DNA of 63,950 nucleotides, the filler included, from Octopus bimaculoides (lineage: Eukaryota), in assembly GCF_001194135.2 (NCBI RefSeq). It is 4 parts of 4 records of this genome, joined end to end, with 100 filler letters (N's around TTAATTAATTAA, not from the genome) between each part and the next. Parts side by side here need not be neighbours in the genome. Positions count along the whole stretch, not along the records: positions 27,333 to 53,688 come from NC_068989.1; 3 more parts are not named here. One strand, 5' to 3'. The notes beneath the pieces are model-generated. The model worked only from the letters and a program-made list of their open reading frames with translations, ran no database searches and was not told the DNA's origin. This document shows, piece after piece, positions 37,481 through 48,509 of the stretch. The translations under genes and the position numbers were made by a program. The first letter of the stretch is position 1; each line of letters begins with the position of its first letter.

Positions 37481-38650
37481 CCCAATACATACCAAGTCTT
37501 TTAAAGGACGATCTGGACCTGTTAAAACACCTCCCAAGATCCATAAACAATGATACCGCTATTATATATCTTGATGTGGTAAACCTCTATACTACAATCC
37601 CACACCAATATGGACTAGAGGCAATAAATTTCTGGCTTGTGTAATTCGTTCATGAAATTCCAGACAGAACTGAAAAAAGTTTCATCACTGAAGGATTGAA
37701 GTTTATCCTCGAAACAACTTTTTTTACTTCGACGGCAATATTTACAAACAAATATCTGGAACTGCAATGGTTACAAAAGTTGCTCCAACTTACGCCAATC
37801 TAGTCATGGCTTACATGGATGTCCAGATATATGAACAGTCTAAATTCAAATAGGGCTTGAACTTCCATAAATATCCACTAGAAAACTGGAAACGCTGCCT
37901 AAATGACTGCCTAATCCTATGAACGCACACATTTGAACAACTTATAGATTTCAAAAATTTAGTCAACAGCATAAACAATAATATCAACTTCACCATGGAA
38001 TACAGTAAAACTCAACAACCATCCTTGAATATACTAATCATCAAAAGAGATTGAAGTAGACATTTACTACAAACAAACAGATTATAAACAATACTTACTG
38101 TTCTCATGCCATCCCAAACACACGAAGAATAATATTCCCTTTAATTTAGCAAGAAGAATCTACACAATTGTCTTAAACCCTGAAACTCGCAACAAAATCT
38201 CCAGAAACTAAAACAAATACTATTTAAAAAGTAATATCTATTAAAGCTAATAGACAACGGAATTGAACGTGCCAAAGCAATAAATATCCAAGAACTACGC
38301 AAAACGCTCCATATACATCCTATAATCTACCCTTTATTACAACATACAACCCAAGAAATACAGTTGTTTAAAATATTATACACCAGAACATCCTTCTTGG
38401 AAGACCAGACCCAAGAATGAAACAAGCATTCGAAATACACGAAATAATCAAAAGTAAAAGTGGTAAATTACCTTCCGCAACTCTTGCACCAACAGTCAAA
38501 AAGTGTGGCTGCCCCAGTTGCAAAGAGAATACTTCCATGCAAAACTACAAACCCAGACTTAACAAACCTTAACAAAGTACATGCACAAATAAATATTCAC
38601 ACACAAAACTCATTCTACCACTTAACATAAGGAACCTACACAGCTAACAG
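37481..38650 (+). mobile_element. Penelope-like element 3 (RT core and thumb), degraded, AT-rich family
   Basis: YIPSLLKDDLDLLKHLP, DVVNLYTTIPH, GTAM...APTYANL, HPKHTKNNIPFNLARRI. Confidence 0.8.
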
Positions 38651-39081
38651 CCTAAAGTGTAGCCATCGGTCTACATACAAACGACTCCTGTTTACTCCCA
38701 CCAGACATTAAATTTGGAGTGTCTTGATTGTACCGACCACTAGACCTGTTCAGTCAACCATGTCTGCCTTAACTTACAACACTAAACGTTGTCAGTTTAT
38801 ACTAACACACGGACGTAGCGGGGAACCTACAAATAGTCATATGACTATCCTCTACCAATCAAACTACCTTCAAAATATATACTAATTTGCGCCATGAACT
38901 CCCTATAATAATAGGGAAAGCTTCAAACACTAATGAGAAGCAAAACAGCTGCGACATAAGCCACGCCTTTCTATGTTAACTGTTTGAAAATCAGTGTAAA
39001 CTATAAAACCGGTTAAATCTTTGAATATAATAGTAAATAATATTTTAACTATTCTCAGTGCATTTTCAACTACTATTTTTA

Positions 39082-39164
<83 letters not shown>

Positions 39165-40419
39165 GAGAGAGAGGGGGGGGGGTATGTGTGTGTAACTTTA
39201 ATATAGTGTGCAGTGGGTTTTTGCATGTATTATTTGCATATATAATGCTGTTGTATGCGTATAACAACAGTATACAGATTTAATAATTGAAGATTTTGTC
39301 TTCCCATCACAGTAGATTATTGCATTAAAATACTTGCATCGCATTATATTATTTATTCCATTAAAGATATTTTCATTACTTGATAGTCAACGTGCAATTA
39401 TCCGTTTATATGTCTTTGTATTTTATTATTATTATTTTATGTAAATATTTCTTATATGTGGTGTCTCATGAGTTTTCCATTGTTCTCGTTACTATATGAA
39501 CTGTAAAATCAATGATTAGTTGTGTTTAAATAGAACCCTCCTGATGTCCTTCGAGAAAATGAAATTGAAAAAATAAGGTGCGGTTTTATTGTAATGAACA
39601 AACATGAGAAAATTTCAACCTTCATAACAATAAAGTAGTTGGTTACGAGGTCTTTGAAGTATAAATACAGATATTTTTAGAAGAATGATGATCAAAACAT
39701 CTCCAACATTAACGATGAGATAAGGTCAGGTAAGTCTCATAGACATGTTTTTCTAAATTCTTTCTTCGTCATTATATTCTTTCCAGGGATGCAATAACGT
39801 AGTTAGGTTTATCTTAGATATATCTTCCCATTTGTGAATGGGATACCAGTTTATGACAAGTTTATGTTATCTCAGCTGAAGATTCTCAAAATTACATGAC
39901 ACTTGGCCGAACAAACAAATCACTAATATTTTCCATTAATTCTTGAATAAGCTGCTAACATATATATGTGTATGTGCGCGTGAGTTAGTGTATATGTGCA
40001 TGTATATATATATNNNNNNNNNNNNNNNNNNNNNNNNNNNNNNNNNNNNNNNNNNNNNNNNNNNNNNNNNNNNNNNNNNNNNNNNNNNNNNNNNNNNNNN
40101 NNNNNNNNNNNNNNNNNNNNNNNNNNNNNNNNNNNNNNNNNNNNNNNNNNNNNNNNNNNNNNNNNNNNNNNNNNNNNNNNNNNNNNNNNNNNNNNNNNNN
40201 NNNNNNNNNNNNNNNNNNNNNNNNNNNNNNNNNNNNNNNNNNNNNNNNNNNNNNNNNNNNNNNNNNNNNNNNNNNNNNNNNNNNNNNNNNNNNNNNNNNN
40301 NNNNNNNNNNNNNNNNNNNNNNNNNNNNNNNNNNNNNNNNNNNNNNNNNNNNNNNNNNNNNNNNNNNNNNNNNNNNNNNNNNNNNNNNNNNNNNNNNNNN
40401 NNNNNNNNNNNNNNNNNNN

Positions 40420-40585
40420 TGTACATTATTTACATTATTTACATTCGACGGATATTTGTCCTCATCTTGTTTGTTGTTAACACAACGTTTCGGATGATAT
40501 ACCCTCCAGCCTTCTTCAGGTGTCTTGGGGAAATTTCGAACGTGGGTTCTCATTCCTAAGGTATTTTTCGATGTTATTATTGTTG

Positions 40586-40617
<32 letters not shown>

Positions 40618-40699
40618 GTTCAGGTCACTGCTTGGAATCGAACTCGGAATCTTGGGGTTAGTACCCTGCGCTCTTAACCACTACGCCATAAGCCCTATC

Positions 40700-40700
<1 letters not shown>
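40420..40700 (-). mobile_element. tRNA-headed SINE with a microsatellite spacer and hammerhead-containing tail
   Basis: A-box TGGCGTAGTGG (40688-40678), B-box GAGTTCGATTCC (40645-40634), (CAC/CAA/TAA)n spacer, ~145-nt tail ending in (TGTAAATAA)n. Confidence 0.75.
40479..40524 (-). ncRNA. minimal type I hammerhead motif
   Basis: GACAC-CTGAAGA-A-GGCTG...CATCC-GAAAC-GT-T-GTGTT. One mismatch in stem II. Confidence 0.6.
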
Positions 40701-40768
<68 letters not shown>

Positions 40769-40914
40769 CCGAAAAATACCTTAGGAATGAGAACCCAGGT
40801 TCGAAATTTCCCCAAGACACCTGAAGAAGGCTGGATGGTACATCAGCTGAAACGTTGTGTTAACAACAAACAAGATGAGGACAACTATCCGTCGAATGTA
40901 AATAATGTAAATAA
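40701..40914 (+). mobile_element. headless inverted copy of the hammerhead-SINE tail preceded by (TAA)n
   Basis: 40766-40914 is the reverse-complement homologue of about 40420-40575, with a few substitutions. Confidence 0.85.
40816..40861 (+). ncRNA. minimal type I hammerhead motif
   Basis: GACAC-CTGAAGA-A-GGCTGGATGGTACATCAGCT-GAAAC-GT-T-GTGTT. Stem I GACAC/GTGTT, palindromic AACGTT. Confidence 0.65.
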
Positions 40915-41007
40915 GATAGCATTGTAGTTGCAGGTGGACCCCCTTAGTCTTCTGGCAACCAGTATTTTTAGACCCAGTCCATCACTGTATATATATATAT
41001 ATATATA

Positions 41008-41097
41008 CGACGGGCTTCTTTCAGTTTCCATCTAACAAATCCACTCACAAACCTTCGGTCGCTCGAGGCTATAGTAGAAGACACTTGCTCAAGGTGC
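41008..41097 (-). mobile_element. SINE family B fragment
   Basis: Reverse complement of CACCTTGAGCAAGTGTCTTCTACTATAGCC...GAAACTGAAAGAAGCCCGTCG. Confidence 0.75.
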
Positions 41098-42699
41098 AAG
41101 TACTGATCCTTTGACGACAATGAACCTTCATTTAACTAAGGTATCTTCGGCCTTGTGAGTAGCTGGTGGAGTAGCTTTCGTTGAGTAATTTTTACTTCCG
41201 AAGTTCTGCTACCTAGGAGACATATGTAGCCTGAAATTTACCAGCTCTATTCTCTCAATTTGGATTGTTATTCGCACTCATAACAACCCTAGATACTAAT
41301 CATATCCTATAAAATAAATTTTTTCATCTACAGAAAGAAACTATTATTGTTCTGGAAATTTGTTTTTATGCCTACTACGGACTTAACGAAGCTTATTAAT
41401 TTCCCACACCTAGATCTTTGGATCTTACAATTCCATATCACTTAAACACTTGGACAGATCACAGAGGTTACACACACAGCAACAGACAGACCGAGCCTCA
41501 ACAGAAAACACGAATGAAGCAATAACACCCACCACTACACCACACAACATGACGACTAAAGACAGAGGGGAGAAATAAGCAGATACAGTGTAATACACAC
41601 GCAAGAGACAAATATGCACATATCCATGATAAATATAAGAAATAGAGATATAGGAAGCGAACACATATACATACACAAACACACATTCAGTAACTTCACA
41701 GACGGCCGAAACAATATCAGCAACGCGACCAACAACAACAGAAGCAGCGGTAACAACAGCAGCAACAACGGTACGAACAACGGCAACAACAACTACCACG
41801 ATGGCAGCAGCGTGAGCGAACGCACAAACACAGAGAGATACAGGAACAGTTCCAAAAGTAGGGTTCAAGGGCAACAGCAGCGACAATGGGGGAGGGAACG
41901 GGGATGAGGGGAGGGTCATAGTGCCACCAAGAACAATGACACACACACGCACACACACGCACACACAAATACAGACGCAAAGATATACGCATATAAGGAT
42001 ACACATCATAGAAGAACAGAATGGACTAAGCGGAGCAAGAGCACACAAGAAGACGGAAAGTGTCGCTGAAGAGGTCACAGATGTATCACAAGGATTTCCG
42101 GACAATGGACACTAGTTAGAATAAGAACAGTAATAAACGAGTAGAGAACGAATATATTGTGCACGTGTTTATTTGACAAAAACATCCCGAAATATATNNN
42201 NNNNNNNNNNNNNNNNNNNNNNNNNNNNNNNNNNNNNNNNNNNNNNNNNNNNNNNNNNNNNNNNNNNNNNNNNNNNNNNNNNNNNNNNNNNNNNNNNNNN
42301 NNNNNNNNNNNNNNNNNNNNNNNNNNNNNNNNNNNNNNNNNNNNNNNNNNNNNNNNNNNNNNNNNNNNNNNNNNNNNNNNNNNNNNNNNNNNNNNNNNNN
42401 NNNNNNNNNNNNNNNNNNNNNNNNNNNNNNNNATATATATATATATAGGAGCATGTTAGTATTGCTTATGGTACCTTTCCCGGACCTTATCACATAAGTA
42501 AAATTTTACGCTAATTAAATTTTATATTTTCAAATGAAGCTCAGATATAAAAAGGATAAGCTTAAAAAGAATTTATTATATTAAATAAACAAAAACTAAA
42601 ACATAACATTTAAATAAAAAAATTTAAGTAAATTTATTTTCTTTTAGAACTTTCCAAATGTATTATATCTCGCATCATTGCTGTCAATAGATAATTTAG

Positions 42700-43680
42700 C
42701 AACTTCTTCACAACTAATCTTTTTCAAAACAACTCTATGAACGTGGCATATTAGAATATGATGTTCAACCTTTGCTGCGTCATAGTTGATCGCGGCCAAG
42801 TTTTGAGTCTCCGCAGAACGCTAAAAGATCTTTTAGCTTCACAAGAACTGGTTGGAAACACTAAAAGTAGCTTGAGCAATCGCTCAACATTTAGAAACAT
42901 GCGACCGACTTCTGGTAGCATTTCACCGAATATTCTACGATGATCCTCGAGAGATGATCCACTATGATGATTTCTATAAAAAAAAAGTATTCCGTTCCTT
43001 AAAGAAAATTCATCAAACTCTGAATACTGCATGATCACTTCAGCACAAAAATTTCCATTGAGTAAAATATTGCTCAGTTTTTCATAATCTGCTAAATCCT
43101 GGAAAAAAAATTAATCTTTCAAATTTGTTGTTGCAGTATCCATTACCTGCAAATACTATACTCTGTAATGATCCGAAACAGTGCAGTGTTGATAGTTCCT
43201 AGTATCTTTTAGGAACTTTTCCTTGCCTGGGTAGCTCCAAAGGAGAAATACCGAGTTGATAAATCTTTTTTTTTTTTTTTGCTGTATTGAACAGCTCCTG
43301 ACATTTTTCTTCGCTGCGTGGATTCTTTAGCTCCTCCTTCACCAGTTTGACACTATGCAACATGCCACCTAGATTGACGGTGGTACCTTAAAAAGATTTG
43401 GTCAGTTCTTCAAGGAGAAGTAATGGAACTACAACATGCAATCCAAGAAAACTTTGGTCCGTTGAGAGACGCGTAAGAATACCATTAGCTCTGGATGTAA
43501 TGTTGATGCCAAACTCATTTGTTGCCTCTTGTAAAGAAATGAGGACATCAAGAAGGGCTGCGACTGCAGAAAGTCGTGTTAGCCATCGAGTAGGGCACAC
43601 AGGTTTTAAGGAGCGAGATGACGATACTTCGTTTTCATCATGTTGTGATAAATACTCATGCGATAAATACACATACACAT
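42700..43680 (-). mobile_element. hAT transposase remnant (C-terminal half)
   Basis: VCPTRWLTR and the dimerisation-domain motif PTSSCEAKRSFSVLRRLKTW...TQQRLN. Stops and frameshifts. Confidence 0.8.
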
Positions 43681-44704
43681 GACATTTGAAAGAGATCGAA
43701 AAAGATGGAAATCCGTTGATGCCAAATCTGGAGAGTACGGCGGGTGTGGCAGCACTTCCCAGCCATGCGTTTGAATGGCTTCCTTGGTCATATTGGCGAT
43801 ATGAGGGCGGGCGTTGTCGTGCAGAACTCCATCCTGCCGATTAGGTCTTTTCTCTAGAATAGCCGTGTTGAGTCGTTCCATCTGTTTGGTTCCGTTCAAG
43901 CAATTCGTAATGGATAATCCCTTCCCAGTCCCACCATACGCACAACATCGTTTTACGCGGATGAAGATCTTGTTTCACGCGCGGTGTCGCTTGTTTACCG
44001 AGGCTAAGCCATTCCTTACGCTGCTTCATATTGATGTACAAGCACCATTTTTTGTCGCCAGTAACGATTCGGTAAAGAAATCGTTGCTTGTGTCCATGAG
44101 TTGAGCGGTGACGAGCAAGCAAACCAGCGGAGATTGTGGCTCGTTGATTTTTGTTGTTGTCACTTAAAGCATGGGGAACCCATGCTCCATACTTCTGAAC
44201 CATTCCCATCGAGTGAAGATGCTTCTCTACAGCAGTGTGGTAGCATTCCATTTTCTCTGCCAGTTCCCTTGTCGTTTGACGAGAATTTTCGTGCAAATGT
44301 TGGTTTAATCGCTTTTCATCGAACTCAACTGGACGGCCAGAACAAGCTGCGTCTTTGAGGTCAAATTTTCCATTTTTGAACTTGACATACCAATCACGAG
44401 TGGTTCTTTCAGCTATGGCACCCTCCCCATACACAGCAAAAATGTTGTAAATAGCTTTTATGGCCTTAGAACCTTGATTAAAAGCAAAACGGAGGTGTCG
44501 AAAATGCTCGTTTTTCTTAACTTGACATTCCATTTTTATGATCTGAAAATAAAAAAAAATTAACTAAAATTAAGTAGAAAAAAACGAAATAGATTCCAAA
44601 ATTATTCAAAAATAGAATTCTTGGAAAAAAATGGATTCCCAAATTTAAAAACGCAATAAATTCCAAAATTTAAAAAAGCCGTGGTAACTTAGTTGCCAAC
44701 CCAA
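43680..44704 (-). mobile_element. mariner (DD34D) element, 5' TIR present, 3'-truncated, frameshifted
   Basis: TA + TTGGGTTGGCAACTAAG TIR. WVPHAL, IVTGDKKW, HDNARPH, YSPDLASTDFHLF. Confidence 0.9.
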
Positions 44705-44989
44705 TACATTGTAGATTCCTAAAACATCTTTAATTTCAAAATAATCAGTCACATGACGAACACAAATGACCTCCTTCTCCTTATCCTGAATATCTTATGT
44801 ACCATCAATAATTATTCCAAACCGCTTAAATTCTTAGTTAATTTTCTTTGTTATGCCTTTCAAAACCATATAGTTCATTGTTTTTAAAATATCATTCTGG
44901 ATTTCAGCACTGGTGTAGCTGTGTTTTTGATCACTGTAGTTTGAATATCGTTCAAAGTGGTATTTGCTTTACCTTGAATTAGGCCTAAC

Positions 44990-45950
44990 GATAACAAGCT
45001 ACCTCACACTGTGTCCAACGAATCCTCCAAATCTGACTTCGATTGGAAAATGCTCCGCTTTCCAGCCTGCGTTTCCATATTCCTCCAGAAGGTTTACATA
45101 ACAGTCAATCTTTCGAGCCCGAGCGGCGTCCATGTTATCTTCATGAGAGACTGTTAACTCGACTTTCTTTCTTTCACACCACATTATAATATCCGTTTGT
45201 TTTTTTCGTAACTGGGATGGGAAAGAATCCTTGGCACCCTGGTAAATCTGTAGCCACCTCCCAATAGCTGTTCCACTTTTCATCGCTCACAGAAAGTTAC
45301 TTCTTGAAACAGATCTGTTGACTTGAGCGCACGAAGGTATTGAAATCTCTGGCTGGTTCTTTCAATGTTTTTTTTTTCTTTCCACTGCTGATGAGAGCAA
45401 TTTGGTTCTTTATAGCATTAAAGATAACCTTAAGGACCAGGTTGTGTCTCCATGTATATCTATTCAATGCCAGGGAACTGTTGGAAAGAATATGTTTCAG
45501 TGTTCCGACTTCTCCGCATTTGCATATTTCATTTACAAGATTTGTAGGTGATGGCAAGATATCATAGGATGAACGAATCAGAAGACTTAGCCATATCTCA
45601 TTCCAACTTATTTTTTTCTCAACGACATGTTCCTCCCATTTCGTCAGCTGTCGTTGAGCGCACTGGATCAAACGAATCTCTCTTCTTTCTGTTTCCCTTG
45701 TTTTGACACTGTTGCTAACAACAGATCTGAGTTCTCTCCGCATCGTACTTGCAAACGGTCTGAACTGATCTGTACCAAATCCAAGTCCTTTTGATGAATT
45801 TGCGTTGCACCCACCATATCTCGGTGTGTAAGTGAAGACAGAATGTCATCAGTCTCTGATTTCCACTTCCTGGCTGCTTTTACATCTGGTGGATTACGCC
45901 TGATTTCTATGTCCTTCGACTCTCTCAGCATCATCACTGTTCGTACCCTA
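44990..45950 (-). mobile_element. Hero-like (R2 superfamily) RLE retrotransposon, 3' portion
   Basis: YDILPSPTNL, C-x-CG...LKHILS, RYTWRHNLVL, VELTV, GWKAEHFPIEV...GFVG. Confidence 0.7.
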
Positions 45951-45965
45951 GTTTATAAATTTCGA

Positions 45966-46697
45966 CTATTGACGCCAGTGGTATCTGCAACGAACTTCTT
46001 TACGATAGAGAGCTGAACTGTTCAATATCCGAGTGGCGGCAAGATCAGGTGAGTATGGTGGATGATAGAGAACTTCCAACTCCAACTCCTGTAGTTTCGC
46101 CAATGTCATTTTTACGATGTGTGGTCTGGCGTTGTCTTGCAATAAAATAGGAGTGGATCTGTTGACTGATCTAGGTTGGGTTTTTTTAAGTTTCTGCATC
46201 ATTTGGTCCAGTTGGCTGCAGTATACTTCAGCCGAGATTGATGAGCCGGGTTTAATGAAATCATAATGAATCACACCTGTGTCAGACCACAAAACACACA
46301 TCATCAACATTTTTGATGAATTTTTGGGCTGTGTTTTGGTGACTTGTCTTTGTCCAGCCATTGTACTGAACGTTTACGGTTGTTGTATTGGATCCATTTC
46401 TCATCACATGTTACAATTCGATTCAAAAAGGATTTATTTTTGTGACGAGAAAGTAGCATAATGCAGGCTTCCAAACGTTGCTGTATTTGATTTTCATTGA
46501 GTTCATGTGGAACTCACTTATCCAACTTTTTCACTTTACCAATTTGTTAGCCTGCTAACATGAAACACCAACGATAATTCACGGGCACTTTGAGATGGAT
46601 TTCATTCGACAGTGGCTTTCAGTTCGTCATTATCCACCTTTGTTTCTGGTCGACCGCGCACATTTGTGAGGTCAAAGTTACCAGAACGAAATTTTGC
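45966..46697 (-). mobile_element. second mariner transposase remnant, runs into a gap
   Basis: KFRSGNFDL...GRP, MMCVLWSDTGVIHY, QDNARPH, HPPYSPDLAAT. Confidence 0.85.
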
Positions 46698-47495
46698 ANN
46701 NNNNNNNNNNNNNNNNNNNNNNNNNNNNNNNNNNNNNNNNNNNNNNNNNNNNNNNNNNNNNNNNNNNNNNNNNNNNNNNNNNNNNNNNNNNNNNNNNNNN
46801 NNNNNNNNNNNNNNNNNNNNNNNNNNNNNNNNNNNNNNNNNNNNNNNNNNNNNNNNNNNNNNNNNNNNNNNNNNNNNNNNNNNNNNNNNNNNNNNNNNNN
46901 NNNNNNNNNNNNNNNNNNNNNNNNNNNNNNNNNNNNNNNNNNNNNNNNNNNNNNNNNNNNNNNNNNNNNNNNNNNNNNNNNNNNNNNNNNNNNNNNNNNN
47001 NNNNNNNNNNNNNNNNNNNNNNNNNNNNNNNNNNNNNNNNNNNNNNNNNNNNNNNNNNNNNNNNNNNNNNNNNNNNNNNNNNNNNNNNNNNNNNNNNNNN
47101 NNNNNNNNNNNNNNNNNNNNNNNNNNNNNNNNNNNNNNNNNNNNNNNNNNNNNNNNNNNNNNNNNNNNNNNNNNNNNNNNNNNNNNNNNNNNNNNNNNNN
47201 NNNNNNNNNNNNNNNNNNNNNNNNNNNNNNNNNNNNNNNNNNNNNNNNNNNNNNNNNNNNNNNNNNNNNNNNNNNNNNNNNNNNNNNNNNNNNNNNNNNN
47301 NNNNNNNNNNNNNNNNNNNNNNNNNNNNNNNNNNNNNNNNNNNNNNNNNNNNNNNNNNNNNNNNNNNNNNNNNNNNNNNNNNNNNNNNNNNNNNNNNNNN
47401 NNNNNNNNNNNNNNNNNNNNNNNNNNNNNNNNNNNNNNNNNNNNNNNNNNNNNNNNNNNNNNNNNNNNNNNNNNNNNNNNNNNNNNNNNNNNNNN

Positions 47496-47567
<72 letters not shown>

Positions 47568-47769
47568 CAGAGGGAAACATACACACATATACTAAAACTA
47601 TGGAAGCTTTTAGGTCCCCTTTTTGTACTGCGTGTTAATTTAGAAAAATGGAAATTGGAAAGATTGGAGAGAGAATAGAATGATGGACTGATTGGTTTAC
47701 TATTTGATATTCTTGTTGTTACAGCGAAGTTAATAATAAAAAAATTGTAATACGTAGATCCCACAAGAT

Positions 47770-48195
47770 ATTTACCGTTAATCTGACCGGTATCGATGAA
47801 GCCGAATAAACCTTAAAGCTACAGATAATGGATCCCGTCTTTGGTCAGTGCAAATCCTGCGAACGCTTTGGGACAGATATATCTGAAAATCCCAGTGTAT
47901 CCAGATTCTCCTTTAAGCATGTACTAACAAAACCTAGTGCTCCAATTATTATTGATATTAATATGAATTCATAGTCTGGATATAGAAGCTGGAGGTTTCG
48001 AAGTAGTTGTCCATAGATATCCACTTTTTCTTTGATTTTCAAAGAAATATTTATATCTGCAGGGCAGCTGACCTCTATGATGGTACACACCTTTGCTCCT
48101 CTGTCCCAAACAAGAATATCCGGCCTGTTATGTTTACATTTGACAGAAGTTTTGATGGGTATATTCCACCAGTATTCCTTGAATTGGTGTTTAAG
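47770..48195 (-). mobile_element. RLE endonuclease C-terminus of an R4/Dong-related LINE
   Basis: NRPDILVWD...IIEVSCPAD...KEK...IIIGALG. Confidence 0.75.
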
Positions 48196-48509
48196 TATGT
48201 ATGTATGTATGTCATTATTCACTTTATTTCAAGATTTCTTGCCAACAGAGAAAGAACCGGTTTCTAACCTAGATCCAAGGTTTCTTCATTGCAATTTCAT
48301 CATCAACAACGGAGTATTTTTGCTTGTTTGTATGTATGCATGTATGTATGTATGTATGTATGTATGTATGTATGTATGTATGTATGTATGTATGGCGTGG
48401 ATTTCATGCTCTCAAAGCAGCTACAGTCAGGTCCGTTTGGATGAGAACCACAGGGACCAAGATTCATTGCTCCCTTATTCAAAGTCGCCTCGAAGATGAA
48501 ATGTAGTTA

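Noticed and set aside
38925-38960. CTAATGA...AAAACAGCTGC downstream of PLE-3, where a hammerhead might be expected
   Set aside because: Several core mismatches and no stem I or II.
40621-40690. Possible tRNA gene
   Set aside because: A and B boxes are present, but there is no acceptor-stem pairing or poly-T terminator and it runs into a repeat body. It is a SINE head.
41425-42105. 226-aa minus-strand ORF with hydrophobic runs
   Set aside because: The composition is explained by (CA)n and (AAC/AGC)n low-complexity DNA. No recognisable domain.
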